A stretch of 64,000 nucleotides of DNA from Candidatus Altimarinota bacterium (GTDB lineage: Bacteria; Patescibacteriota; Gracilibacteria; CAIRYL01; GCA-016699755): the NCBI GenBank assembly GCA_963664295.1, contig OY760935.1:864001-928000 (forward strand). The letters run 5' to 3'. Positions within the stretch are counted from its first letter, which is position 1; every line of letters begins with the position of its first letter. A model generated the notes under the pieces. That model was not told the origin of the DNA. It made no database searches and was given only the letters and a program-made list of their open reading frames with translations. The translations under genes were made by a program, and so were the position numbers. Shown piece by piece: positions 18,605 through 27,984 of the stretch.

Positions 18605-19912
18605 GTGAACAAAACAGAAAAAAAATACCATTATCAGGCAATAGCATCAAAAACAATAGCTAAAGTTAAAAGAGGTGACAGAGAACAAACAGGCATCAAG
18701 CATTATCGCAACGAAGAAACAATGGCTATCTTAAGTTTTTTAAATAATAGCGATAGCAACAGAGTTATGGTTTGTGGTGGCATGGGCTCTGCTGGAAAAA
18801 CAGCTACAGCTGATCAAATTAGATTAAAAAATAAATCAATAGCTTATATTGATGGAACAAGAAGTATGTTTGATGGCGATCTTTCTGACTCAAAGCTATT
18901 TCAAACATTACTAAACCATTTAAGAAAACAAGGCGCTAATCATCAGCACTTGTTTATTGATGAAACTATATGGTGGACCACAGATAAAATCAGAGAACAA
19001 ATGAAAAGGCTTATAGAAAAACTATTGGACCATTTTGATAAAATTGTCATGTTTGGCGGAGGAGCAAGTTTTACTGCTGATGAACAAAATGAAGAAATAG
19101 CAAAACTCATTCCTGGTTCAATTGGGGTACAAGAAAATCCGTTCTACATAAAGCCACTAAATATCACACAAACAAGTCAATTTATCAGATCAAAGTTTCT
19201 CAGTATATATAAAATACCTTTTTCAAAGGAAATTGCTGAAATCATTGCTAGTTCTTACATAGAATATTTTCGCATTTTAAGAATTGTCGGACTTACTTGC
19301 GACATGTTTCCTCTTCTTTATCAGGAATACCACTATGTCGATGAAGAAGATAGAGGTGTCAACTGGGATGCATTAAGCACAATGGGGATGCGCAATCTTG
19401 TTAAGCATAATGGATATTTTGTCTCAGCATACGACGCTTTTGATGAACAAGAAGATGCTTTTTTACAAGCTACAACTGCTCTACAAAAAAATCCTGAATG
19501 GCACCATTTTGAGGCAACGCTAAATAAACAAGAGGAGCAAAAAGAGGCAAGATTTCAACAAAAAATGTCATATAGAACTAGACGAAAAAAAGTGCATAAA
19601 GAGGCAGATGAGCTAAGAATGATACATATGGGCAATAAATGTTTAAACGAAACAAATCTTCTTCGAGAAGATTTGAGACAACAACACAATTATGCAACTG
19701 AATCACTTGAAAAAATCTTAGAAGAAAATTTTCCAGACTTAGATCCAGTCAAAAAAGAAGCACTAACGCTAGAATTATTAGCAATACAAGAGGCTGAACT
19801 AGAAGAGGCACTAGAACTTCTAAGGCAAAGACAAGAAGATGAAATCATCTTACGTGAACAATTTGCACAAAAAAGACAAAACTTTGAAATGGAATTATCA
19901 AAATTAATTTAA
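18605..19912 (+). CDS. Hypothetical P-loop-containing protein with C-terminal coiled coil
   Basis: VMVCGGMGSAGKT (GxxxxGKT) and HLFIDE Walker-B-like motif; E/Q/L-rich C-terminus. Confidence 0.6.
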   Translation: MNKTEKKYHYQAIASKTIAKVKRGDREQTGIKHYRNEETMAILSFLNNSDSNRVMVCGGMGSAGKTATADQIRLKNKSIAYIDGTRSMFDGDLSDSKLFQTLLNHLRKQGANHQHLFIDETIWWTTDKIREQMKRLIEKLLDHFDKIVMFGGGASFTADEQNEEIAKLIPGSIGVQENPFYIKPLNITQTSQFIRSKFLSIYKIPFSKEIAEIIASSYIEYFRILRIVGLTCDMFPLLYQEYHYVDEEDRGVNWDALSTMGMRNLVKHNGYFVSAYDAFDEQEDAFLQATTALQKNPEWHHFEATLNKQEEQKEARFQQKMSYRTRRKKVHKEADELRMIHMGNKCLNETNLLREDLRQQHNYATESLEKILEENFPDLDPVKKEALTLELLAIQEAELEEALELLRQRQEDEIILREQFAQKRQNFEMELSKLI

Positions 19913-19915
19913 AAA

Positions 19916-21238
19916 CTAATTCCTTAACTCTCTCATGTGTTCCACTCTTTTATTTAATAATTCTTTTGTTCCAATATCTTTTCTGTGAAAAACAGGGCCT
20001 TTTACTGCTTTTGTTGCCTGTTCTGCTAACTCCTCGGCTTCTTTGATTGTGTCTGCTATGCCTGTGAAAGAAATTGCTCTTGAGCCTTTTAGATAAAGCT
20101 TGCCATCTTTTGCGTCAATGCTGGCAAAATTCACCTCTACATTATCAGGAATAAGTCCAATATCTAGTTCAATTTCTACATTTTTTACTGGCTTATCTGG
20201 ATAACCCTCTGGCACAATATACTTACAAACAGTAGCTTTGTTTGCGAATTTTATTTCTGTTTCTGCTAATTTCTCGTTAATCACTGCCTCGCAAACTTCT
20301 ACAAAATCACTTTCTAAAATTGGCAAAACATTCATTGCTTCAGGATCACCAAAACGCGCGTTGTATTCAATCAAGCGCACGCCATTTGGAGTGGCAATAA
20401 ATCCGCCATACATTATGCCGTGATATTTTTCTCCACATTCTTTTTCCAGCGCTTCCATGACCGCACGAGTAATGTCTGCTCCTTCTTGTAAATCCTGTGG
20501 AATTAAAAATGGCAAATTATGATCAGCAGAAGAAACTGTGCCCATTCCTCCTGTGTTTGGACCTTCGTCATTTTCATATGCTCTTTTGTTGTCTTGCACT
20601 AATGGCATTGGGACTATTGTATGACCATCAGCAAAAAACATAGCAGAAAACTCTTGTCCTACTAATTTTTCTTCAATAATTACTCTATCTGAATTTTCTA
20701 GACACTCTTTTGCGAATTCCAAGCCTTCGGCAATAGTGCCAAAATGATCTCCTTGCACTTTTACGCCTTTTCCTCCTAATAATCCATCATATTTCACTAC
20801 AATTTCTCCTAAACTTTCTGCATATTCCTCCATTCCGTCTGTATTATTAAACACCTTAAAATCAGGGTTTGCCGGGATATTATATTTTTTGACTAATTCA
20901 CGAGTAAAACTTTTTGAGCTTTCTAAGCGAGCCAAGGATTTATTTGGTGCCATGCTTTTTATGCCCAATGTCAAAAGTTCATCACCTGCACCCTCTGCAA
21001 TTGGATCATCTGGCCCTACTATTGCAAAATCTGGTTCTACTTTTTTTGCAAACTCTTTTAAATCTGCAAAATTCATCAAATTATCTGTTATATAAACTTC
21101 TGCTGCTATTTCTGCAATTCCAGGGTTTTTTGCATTCATAAAAACATAAATTTCTGGATTTTGTGGGCTTTTTTTAAGTGCCTTACAAATTGCATGTTCT
21201 CTGGCTCCATTGCCAACAACTAATACTTTTTTACTCAT
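19916..21238 (-). CDS. purD: Phosphoribosylamine-glycine ligase
   Basis: VLVVGNGAREHA, NPGI, LESSKSF, GGKGV, GPNTGGMG, EYNARFGDPEA; start moved to MSKKVLVVG. Confidence 0.95.
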   Translation of the reverse strand: MSKKVLVVGNGAREHAICKALKKSPQNPEIYVFMNAKNPGIAEIAAEVYITDNLMNFADLKEFAKKVEPDFAIVGPDDPIAEGAGDELLTLGIKSMAPNKSLARLESSKSFTRELVKKYNIPANPDFKVFNNTDGMEEYAESLGEIVVKYDGLLGGKGVKVQGDHFGTIAEGLEFAKECLENSDRVIIEEKLVGQEFSAMFFADGHTIVPMPLVQDNKRAYENDEGPNTGGMGTVSSADHNLPFLIPQDLQEGADITRAVMEALEKECGEKYHGIMYGGFIATPNGVRLIEYNARFGDPEAMNVLPILESDFVEVCEAVINEKLAETEIKFANKATVCKYIVPEGYPDKPVKNVEIELDIGLIPDNVEVNFASIDAKDGKLYLKGSRAISFTGIADTIKEAEELAEQATKAVKGPVFHRKDIGTKELLNKRVEHMRELRN

Positions 21239-21352
21239 AATAATTATACAAAGATAGTGAAGATTTTCCTTGATTTTTGCCAAAATCGCAAGAAAAATTA
21301 ACTTGAAAATAAGCACAAGTCATTCTAAACTTCTTCCTCATTTTAATTATTC

Positions 21353-22120
21353 ATGCATAATCCTGATCACAAAAAAGTTGATAATGCAGAAAAAGATGCA
21401 ATTGAAGATCTGTTTTATTATGGCAAACGAACAATAATTGAAAATAATCATATGGAAGTCTTGAGCCCAAAGATGACTTTTGATAATCTTCGCCTTTTGA
21501 CAAATGGTGACCCATGCTCAAATGAGTTAATTGATTTATTAAGTAGCCAAAAAGGAGTTGAAAAAATATTAAAACTTTTTGACTTAGATCTTTATTTTTT
21601 TAGGGGCATTTTTGACACTAATAATGGACAAACAAAAAATCTTGTAAAGCTTAGTGAAAACGGTGTCCACACCACAAATGGCGCAGAAATATGGCTTCCC
21701 TGGGAGCTTGCAACAATTATTAAAATTATTGGCGATGAATTTTATAAAAAATTTAAACAACATTTAGAAATTTGTTCAGGTTATCGTAGTCCTGCTTATC
21801 AAATTTACTTAATTTGCTACTATGGCTCTCGCATTTTTGATAAAAATGGGGTGCATCTTGGGCACAGGACTCTTGAAGAAGTTTTAAAAACCGCTGCTCC
21901 TCCTGGCTGTAGCGAGCACCAACTTGTTTATAATCCTGCTTTTGATGTGACTAATTTTCGCACTGACACTGCCTTAATGACAATTCCAGAAATTCGTCAA
22001 ATAATTGAATGGAAATGGTTTAAGCGCAGGGCAGAAGAAATGGAAATAGAAGAAACCTATGGACAAGGCACAAATAATAATGGCCTTGGTGAACCTTGGC
22101 ATTTTCGAAAAATATCTTAA
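21353..22120 (+). CDS. M15 family (VanY-like) D-Ala-D-Ala carboxypeptidase-domain protein
   Basis: SGYRSPAYQ, APPGCSEHQ...AFD, EPWH motifs. Confidence 0.75.
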   Translation: MHNPDHKKVDNAEKDAIEDLFYYGKRTIIENNHMEVLSPKMTFDNLRLLTNGDPCSNELIDLLSSQKGVEKILKLFDLDLYFFRGIFDTNNGQTKNLVKLSENGVHTTNGAEIWLPWELATIIKIIGDEFYKKFKQHLEICSGYRSPAYQIYLICYYGSRIFDKNGVHLGHRTLEEVLKTAAPPGCSEHQLVYNPAFDVTNFRTDTALMTIPEIRQIIEWKWFKRRAEEMEIEETYGQGTNNNGLGEPWHFRKIS

Positions 22121-23604
22121 TTAAAACGGTAGATAAAAACAGCAGAGTCTATGCTTTCTTGTTCTTCAAAAATCAAATCAGTATTAAATTCAATATAACT
22201 CAATACATCTTGGGGAATTTTTTCAGATGCATATTGATCAAAAACAATAAAACCTTTTTGATTTAATACTAATTTATGTAAATCAACCAAATCTGTAATT
22301 GGCTTTGAATTTGTGTGGCGAATTTTAAAATCAGTATTATCCCAATTAACCTGCTCTTCTAGATCAAAAGGTAAAAAATAATCTGTTTTGCCTATATAAA
22401 AATCTGTTATTTCCGGGTAAGCAGAAATAATAATTTCTTCATTTTGCAAATTGTCTTTAATAAATTGATGAGCTTTTTTAAAATCCGGTTGAGGGCTTTT
22501 TACGCGATAATCATCAGAATATTTAAGACTATCTGACTCCAGATAATATTTTTCCTGAGGAAAATAAACAAGTTCATTAGAAAAAAAGGACAATAAAACA
22601 AACAAAATAATCCATAAAAATTTTAAGCGTGGACTAGCTTTATAAAAACCTGTTTCCAAATAAACCATAGCCAAAATTATCATTAAAGGAAAAAGAGGGA
22701 ATAAATAACGATAATTAAGCAAGGGCACAAAAAAAGACAAACACAAAAAATAAACAACAAAACAAGCACCCACAAAAACAATTACTTTTTTTTCTTTTTT
22801 GTCAAAATTAACAGAGCGCATCATAAAAGCCAGCAAGGCTAATAAAAATATCCACAAATGAGAATGAATTAAAAAGCGCAAATAAAAACCTAAATAATTA
22901 TTAAATTCAAATAAATTTGTATCTAAAACTAAAAAATCAACAGCAAAAAGCCCAATTCCAAAAATTAAAATTGTTAAAATATATGAACGATGTTTTTTAA
23001 ATTCACCAAAAACAAAAAAACCAATAAAGGCAAAAATCAATAAAAACAAGCCAAGCTTATGGGACAAAAAAGCACAAATTGCAAAAAATATGAAAAATAA
23101 AAAATCTTTTAATTTTTCTTTTTCATAAAAAGAAAATAGAAACAACAAAGCTAATAAAAAGAAAAATTGAAGTTGGCTGTACATTCTTGCCTGCATAGAC
23201 CAAACAATTTGCCACTGCGAAAGCACCAAAAATAAAGAACTTAAATAAGGAACTGCTTTTTGTTTGGGAAATATTTTTTTTGCCAAAAAAAAGCTAATCA
23301 AAACACTCAAAACACCAAAAATTGCTGGAAAAAATCTATAAGCAAATTCATTTTCGCCAAAAATCTTAACACCTAAAAATAAAAAGAAATTATGCAATAA
23401 TGCTGTTTTGTCAAAATTATCCAAAAAAATAACCTGCCAGCCTGAGTCTAAAATTCTTTTTACTAAAGCAATAGAAAATCCCTCATCCATCCACAAAGAA
23501 GCAGAATAAAGATTATAAAAACGAAAAAAAGTAGCTAAAACTAGCAAAAAAATTAAAAACAATGCTGTGTGGCGATTTTGAAAAATTTTTTTTACTTTAT
23601 TCAT
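22117..23604 (-). CDS. GT-C fold membrane glycosyltransferase (PMT/ArnT, GT39/83-like)
   Basis: RFYNL...SLWMDE, GENEFAYRF, SMQARMY motifs, about 11 TM segments. Confidence 0.85.
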   Translation of the reverse strand: MNKVKKIFQNRHTALFLIFLLVLATFFRFYNLYSASLWMDEGFSIALVKRILDSGWQVIFLDNFDKTALLHNFFLFLGVKIFGENEFAYRFFPAIFGVLSVLISFFLAKKIFPKQKAVPYLSSLFLVLSQWQIVWSMQARMYSQLQFFFLLALLFLFSFYEKEKLKDFLFFIFFAICAFLSHKLGLFLLIFAFIGFFVFGEFKKHRSYILTILIFGIGLFAVDFLVLDTNLFEFNNYLGFYLRFLIHSHLWIFLLALLAFMMRSVNFDKKEKKVIVFVGACFVVYFLCLSFFVPLLNYRYLFPLFPLMIILAMVYLETGFYKASPRLKFLWIILFVLLSFFSNELVYFPQEKYYLESDSLKYSDDYRVKSPQPDFKKAHQFIKDNLQNEEIIISAYPEITDFYIGKTDYFLPFDLEEQVNWDNTDFKIRHTNSKPITDLVDLHKLVLNQKGFIVFDQYASEKIPQDVLSYIEFNTDLIFEEQESIDSAVFIYRFN

Positions 23605-23668
23605 AGTAATTATTTTATCTATTTTTAAAATAAAAATCTATAACAGTCAATTAAAAAATAAAAAAAAG

Positions 23669-23696
23669 TTGACAAAAAAAATAATAGCTATAAAAT
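23669..23696 (+). promoter_or_regulatory. Putative sigma70 promoter of rpoB operon
   Basis: TTGACA-16 nt-TAAAAT about 75 nt upstream of rpoB ATG. Confidence 0.6.
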
Positions 23697-23769
23697 GAGA
23701 CAGCATATTTTTATGCACAGAATTATAAATAATAAATTTGACTTTAAGACGCTTTTTTAGTTGTTTTGC

Positions 23770-26700
23770 ATGGCTTCAAGAAATACGAAAAAGACCTCAC
23801 AAAAAACAACTTCTGTAAAGGGCCTTCCTTTTCAGCCTGTTAAGACTGAAAATGAGCGCTTATTTTTCACAGAAGGAAATGAAGGCTTTAAAATGCCTAA
23901 CTTAATTGAGGTTCAACTCCAATCTCATGAATGGTTTTTGACCAGTGGTCTAAAAGAACTGTTCGAGGAAATTTCTCCTATTACTGATTTTTCCGGAAAG
24001 AAAATGGAACTACATTTTCTTTCACACACTTTTGACAAACCAAAGTTTTCTCCGGAACAAGCTCGCAAACGCAATGGTTCTTATGAGGCCAATTTGCGCG
24101 CGCATGTTCGCTTAATCAACAAAGAAACCGGGGAAATCAAAGAGCAGGATGTCTTCTTGGGATCTATCCCTTTGATGACAGAAAAAGGAACTTTTGTTGT
24201 TAATGGTATTGAGCGTGTTGTTGTTAACCAGCTTGTTCGCAGTCCTGGCGTTTTCTTTTCTGAAAGCACAACCATACCTGGATATTTTAATGCAAAATTA
24301 ATTCCAAAAAGAGGTGTTTGGTTAGAAATTGAAACTGATAAAAAAGGTATTATTACTGTTAAAATTGATCGCAAAAGAAAAATACCTGTCACTCAACTAC
24401 TTCGAATATTTGGTTATGATACTGACAAAAAAGTTATTGATTTATTTAAAGACTTATCAGTTGACATTAAAGATGACTTTATTTTAAAAACTCTTGAAAA
24501 AGATAGTGCCGATGATGTAAAAATTGCTTATCAGGAAGTTTATAAAAAAATTCGTCCTGGCGACATGGCTACCCCAGAAAATGCAAAAAGTATGATTGAC
24601 GCCATGTTTTTTGATTTTAAACGTTATGACCTTGGGCCTATTGCTCGCTATAAAATAAACAAACGCTTTGGCACAAAAATTAAAGATGATATTAAAAGTC
24701 GTGTTTTCCAAGTTGAAGACTTTGTAAATATTGTACGCAAGCTTATTGAGCTTAATGTTAAAGGAGGAAGGGAAGATGATATTGATCATCTTGCTAATAG
24801 GCGTGTCCGCAGTGTTGGTGAATTAGTACAAAATAAGTTTAGGGTTGGTCTTTTAAGATTAGACAGAATTGCTAAAGACCGCATGACTGTTATGGATCTT
24901 GAAACTGTCACTCCTACTCAACTTATCAATTCTCGTCCAATTACTGCTTCAATGCGTGAATTTTTTATGAGTTCACAACTTTCTCAATTTATGGATCAAA
25001 CCAATCCATTATCAGAACTAGCTCACAAGCGTAGGCTTTCTGCTATGGGTCCTGGTGGTTTATCACGTGAAAGAGCGAGTTTTGATGTTCGCGATGTGCA
25101 TCCTTCTCATTATGGTAGAATTTGCCCAATCTCTACTCCAGAAGGTCCAAATATTGGTCTTGTTGTGCATTTAGCAAACTATGCTCGTGTTAATGAATAT
25201 GGCTTTATTAAAACTCCTTTTAGAACAGTTGCACACACTGTAAAAAATAATGCTAAAGATTTAATAAATCATATTGTTGATGAAGATATTGCAAAAATTT
25301 GCAAAATCGGCGATATAATTGACGAAAAAATGGCTAAAAAAATAGCCACTGACAAAAAAAAGAAGGATATAAAAGTGCGTGCTTATTTAACAGATGAAGT
25401 TAAATATTATGACGCAGATGAAGAAAATGATCTTTTGATTGCTCAAGCAAACTCAAAACTTGATGAACATGGTCAATTTTTGCGCTCTCGTATTGCGGCT
25501 CGTAAAGCAAATGAGCCATTTCTTGCTCATGTTCGCGACATTACCCATATTGACGTTTCTCCGAAACAGATTATATCTGAAACAACTGCTTTAATTCCTT
25601 TCTTAGAAAACGACGATAATACTCGTGCTTCTATGGGATCAAACATGCAGAGACAGGCTGTGCCTTTGGTTAGGCCTGAATCTCCTATTGTTGGTACTGG
25701 ACTAGAAAAAACTGTTGCCGAGGCTGCTGGTCATTCACTTGTTGCCGAGGGTGATGGTGTTGTGGAAAGTGCTGATGCAGAACAAGTGACTATTAAGTAC
25801 AAAAACGGCAAAACTAAAACCTATGAAATGGAAACTTTTGTTCGCTCAAATCAAGCAATGTGTTTTTCTATGCGTACAATAGTGCGCAAAGGACAAAAAG
25901 TAAAAGCTGGTCAGCCTATTGGAGATGGTGCTTCTGTGGATAATGGTGATATTTCCCTTGGTCGCAACTTGTTTGTTGCTTATATGTCTTGGGGTGGTTA
26001 TAACTTTGAGGATGCGGTTATTCTTTCTTCAAGAGTAGCTCGTGAGGGTCATTATGACTCTATTCATATAGAAAATTATTCTATTGATGTTCGCGAAACA
26101 AAACTGGGTCACGAAATCATTACTCGTGATATTCCAAATGTAGGTGAGGCAAAATTAAAAGACCTTGATGCTGATGGCATTGTACGCATTGGTGCAATGG
26201 TAAACGAAGGTGATCTTTTGGTTGGTAAAATTACACCAAAAGGTGAAACTGAATTAACCCCAGAGGAAAGACTCCTCCAGGCCATTTTTGGCGAAAAAGC
26301 AAAAGATGTACGTGACACATCTCTTCGTCTTCCAGGTGGTGCAGGTGGTAAAGTTGTTGATATTCAAATTTTCTCCAGAGAAGAAGGTCATGAATTGCCA
26401 ACTGGAGTTATTAAACAAATTAGAGTTTTTGTTGCTCAAACCAGAAAAATCCAAGTTGGCGACAAAATGGCTGGTAGGCATGGTAATAAAGGTGTGATTT
26501 CAATTATTGTACCAGAAGAAGATATGCCATTTTTACCTGATGGAACACCAGTTGACATTGTTCTAAATCCACTTGGTGTTGGTTCTCGTATGAATATCGG
26601 ACAGGTTTTAGAAACTCATCTTGGCTGGGTCGGCAAAACACTAGGTGTTAAATTTGCTACCCCTGCTCTTAATGGTATTTCAACTGATCAAATCGACGCC

Positions 26701-27324
26701 TTAGTCAAAGAAGCTGGATTGCCTGAAGACGGCAAAATTCAATTATTTGATGGTCGAACAGGCGAACCTTTCGCAAGAAGAACAACAGTTGGCATTGCTT
26801 ATATGCTTAAGTTGTCTCATATGGTTGAAGATAAAGTACATGCCAGAAGTGTTGGCCCTTATTCTATTGTCACTCAGCAACCACTTGGAGGTAAGGCTCA
26901 ACATGGTGGTCAGAGATTTGGTGAAATGGAGGTATGGGCACTGGAGGCTTATGGCGCAGCACACACTCTTCAAGAAATGCTTACTATCAAATCAGATGAT
27001 GTTATGGGAAGAAGTCGTGCATATGAAAGCATTGTTAAAGGTGAAAAAATTAAAAAACCATCAACACCAGAATCATTTAATGTTCTTGTGCATGAGCTTA
27101 GAGCTTTGGGTATTGATGTTGATTTGATTGACGAACAAAACCAGCATCTTGAACTAGAAGATGTCACTGATCTTGACGATGAAGATATTGAGGACGATAA
27201 AATTGAAGAATTAGAAACTGATGAAAAAGAAAGTGACGAAGATATTCAAAAAGAAATAGAGGGAGAAAGTGAAGAAGGCGCTAGTGCCGAGGAAGAGCTT
27301 AATGAATCATTAGAAGAGTCATAA
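23770..27324 (+). CDS. rpoB: DNA-directed RNA polymerase subunit beta
   Basis: NGIERVVVNQLVRSPG, SQLSQFMDQTNPL, GDKMAGRHGNKG, GGQRFGEMEVWALEAYGA; acidic C-terminal tail. Confidence 0.99.
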   Translation: MASRNTKKTSQKTTSVKGLPFQPVKTENERLFFTEGNEGFKMPNLIEVQLQSHEWFLTSGLKELFEEISPITDFSGKKMELHFLSHTFDKPKFSPEQARKRNGSYEANLRAHVRLINKETGEIKEQDVFLGSIPLMTEKGTFVVNGIERVVVNQLVRSPGVFFSESTTIPGYFNAKLIPKRGVWLEIETDKKGIITVKIDRKRKIPVTQLLRIFGYDTDKKVIDLFKDLSVDIKDDFILKTLEKDSADDVKIAYQEVYKKIRPGDMATPENAKSMIDAMFFDFKRYDLGPIARYKINKRFGTKIKDDIKSRVFQVEDFVNIVRKLIELNVKGGREDDIDHLANRRVRSVGELVQNKFRVGLLRLDRIAKDRMTVMDLETVTPTQLINSRPITASMREFFMSSQLSQFMDQTNPLSELAHKRRLSAMGPGGLSRERASFDVRDVHPSHYGRICPISTPEGPNIGLVVHLANYARVNEYGFIKTPFRTVAHTVKNNAKDLINHIVDEDIAKICKIGDIIDEKMAKKIATDKKKKDIKVRAYLTDEVKYYDADEENDLLIAQANSKLDEHGQFLRSRIAARKANEPFLAHVRDITHIDVSPKQIISETTALIPFLENDDNTRASMGSNMQRQAVPLVRPESPIVGTGLEKTVAEAAGHSLVAEGDGVVESADAEQVTIKYKNGKTKTYEMETFVRSNQAMCFSMRTIVRKGQKVKAGQPIGDGASVDNGDISLGRNLFVAYMSWGGYNFEDAVILSSRVAREGHYDSIHIENYSIDVRETKLGHEIITRDIPNVGEAKLKDLDADGIVRIGAMVNEGDLLVGKITPKGETELTPEERLLQAIFGEKAKDVRDTSLRLPGGAGGKVVDIQIFSREEGHELPTGVIKQIRVFVAQTRKIQVGDKMAGRHGNKGVISIIVPEEDMPFLPDGTPVDIVLNPLGVGSRMNIGQVLETHLGWVGKTLGVKFATPALNGISTDQIDALVKEAGLPEDGKIQLFDGRTGEPFARRTTVGIAYMLKLSHMVEDKVHARSVGPYSIVTQQPLGGKAQHGGQRFGEMEVWALEAYGAAHTLQEMLTIKSDDVMGRSRAYESIVKGEKIKKPSTPESFNVLVHELRALGIDVDLIDEQNQHLELEDVTDLDDEDIEDDKIEELETDEKESDEDIQKEIEGESEEGASAEEELNESLEES

Positions 27325-27367
27325 ATTATTATAAATCCCTTTTTATTTTAAATTTTTTGTTAAATTT

Positions 27368-27913
27368 ATGAAAAATGTAAATCGAGTTTTCTTACTAGGG
27401 AATGTAAGCAGAGAACCAGAAATAAAAATGACTACCTCAAACAAAAAAGTTGCTATTTTTGGGATTGCAACCAATAGAGACTGGACTGTTCAAGACACTG
27501 GCGACAAACAATCTATGACTGAATTTCATAATTGCGTAGCTTGGGGCAGACTTGCTGATTTATGTGAAATGTATTTAACTAAAGGAAAACTTGTTTATGC
27601 CGAAGGATATTTAAAAACCCGATCTTGGGAAGATGAATCTGGAAAAAAACAATTTAGAACAGAAGTTGTTTTGATGGAAATTATTATTCTTGAAAAATTT
27701 TCCAAAAAAGAAGGTGAAGATGATGATTATCCAACAATGGACTTTGAACCTAATGAAGATTACGAAAAAAAAGAAGATGTAAAACCAGAACCTGCAAAAA
27801 AAGAGGAAGTTCAAAATGAAAAACTATTAGAAAAAGCTGAAGAAAAAGAGGAGGCTTCTGACGAAGCTCCTAGCATAAGCACACCTCTTTTTGAAGAAGA
27901 GGAAAATAAATAA
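27368..27913 (+). CDS. ssb: Single-stranded DNA-binding protein
   Basis: NRVFLLGN...PE, IATNR, TEFHNCVAW, YLTKGKLVYAEGYLKTRSW OB-fold; long acidic tail. Confidence 0.93.
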   Translation: MKNVNRVFLLGNVSREPEIKMTTSNKKVAIFGIATNRDWTVQDTGDKQSMTEFHNCVAWGRLADLCEMYLTKGKLVYAEGYLKTRSWEDESGKKQFRTEVVLMEIIILEKFSKKEGEDDDYPTMDFEPNEDYEKKEDVKPEPAKKEEVQNEKLLEKAEEKEEASDEAPSISTPLFEEEENK

Positions 27914-27984
27914 ATTTAATTTTAAATTCTGAACATTACTTTTAGGGAATTTTTCCCTTGAAATAGCTTTTATCACATAATTCA

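Noticed and set aside
24960-25060. Rifampicin-resistance substitutions in rpoB (and streptomycin resistance in rpsL)
   Set aside because: The SQLSQFMDQTNPLSELAHKRRLSA cluster keeps the sensitive Q, D, H and S residues; RpsL keeps both key lysines
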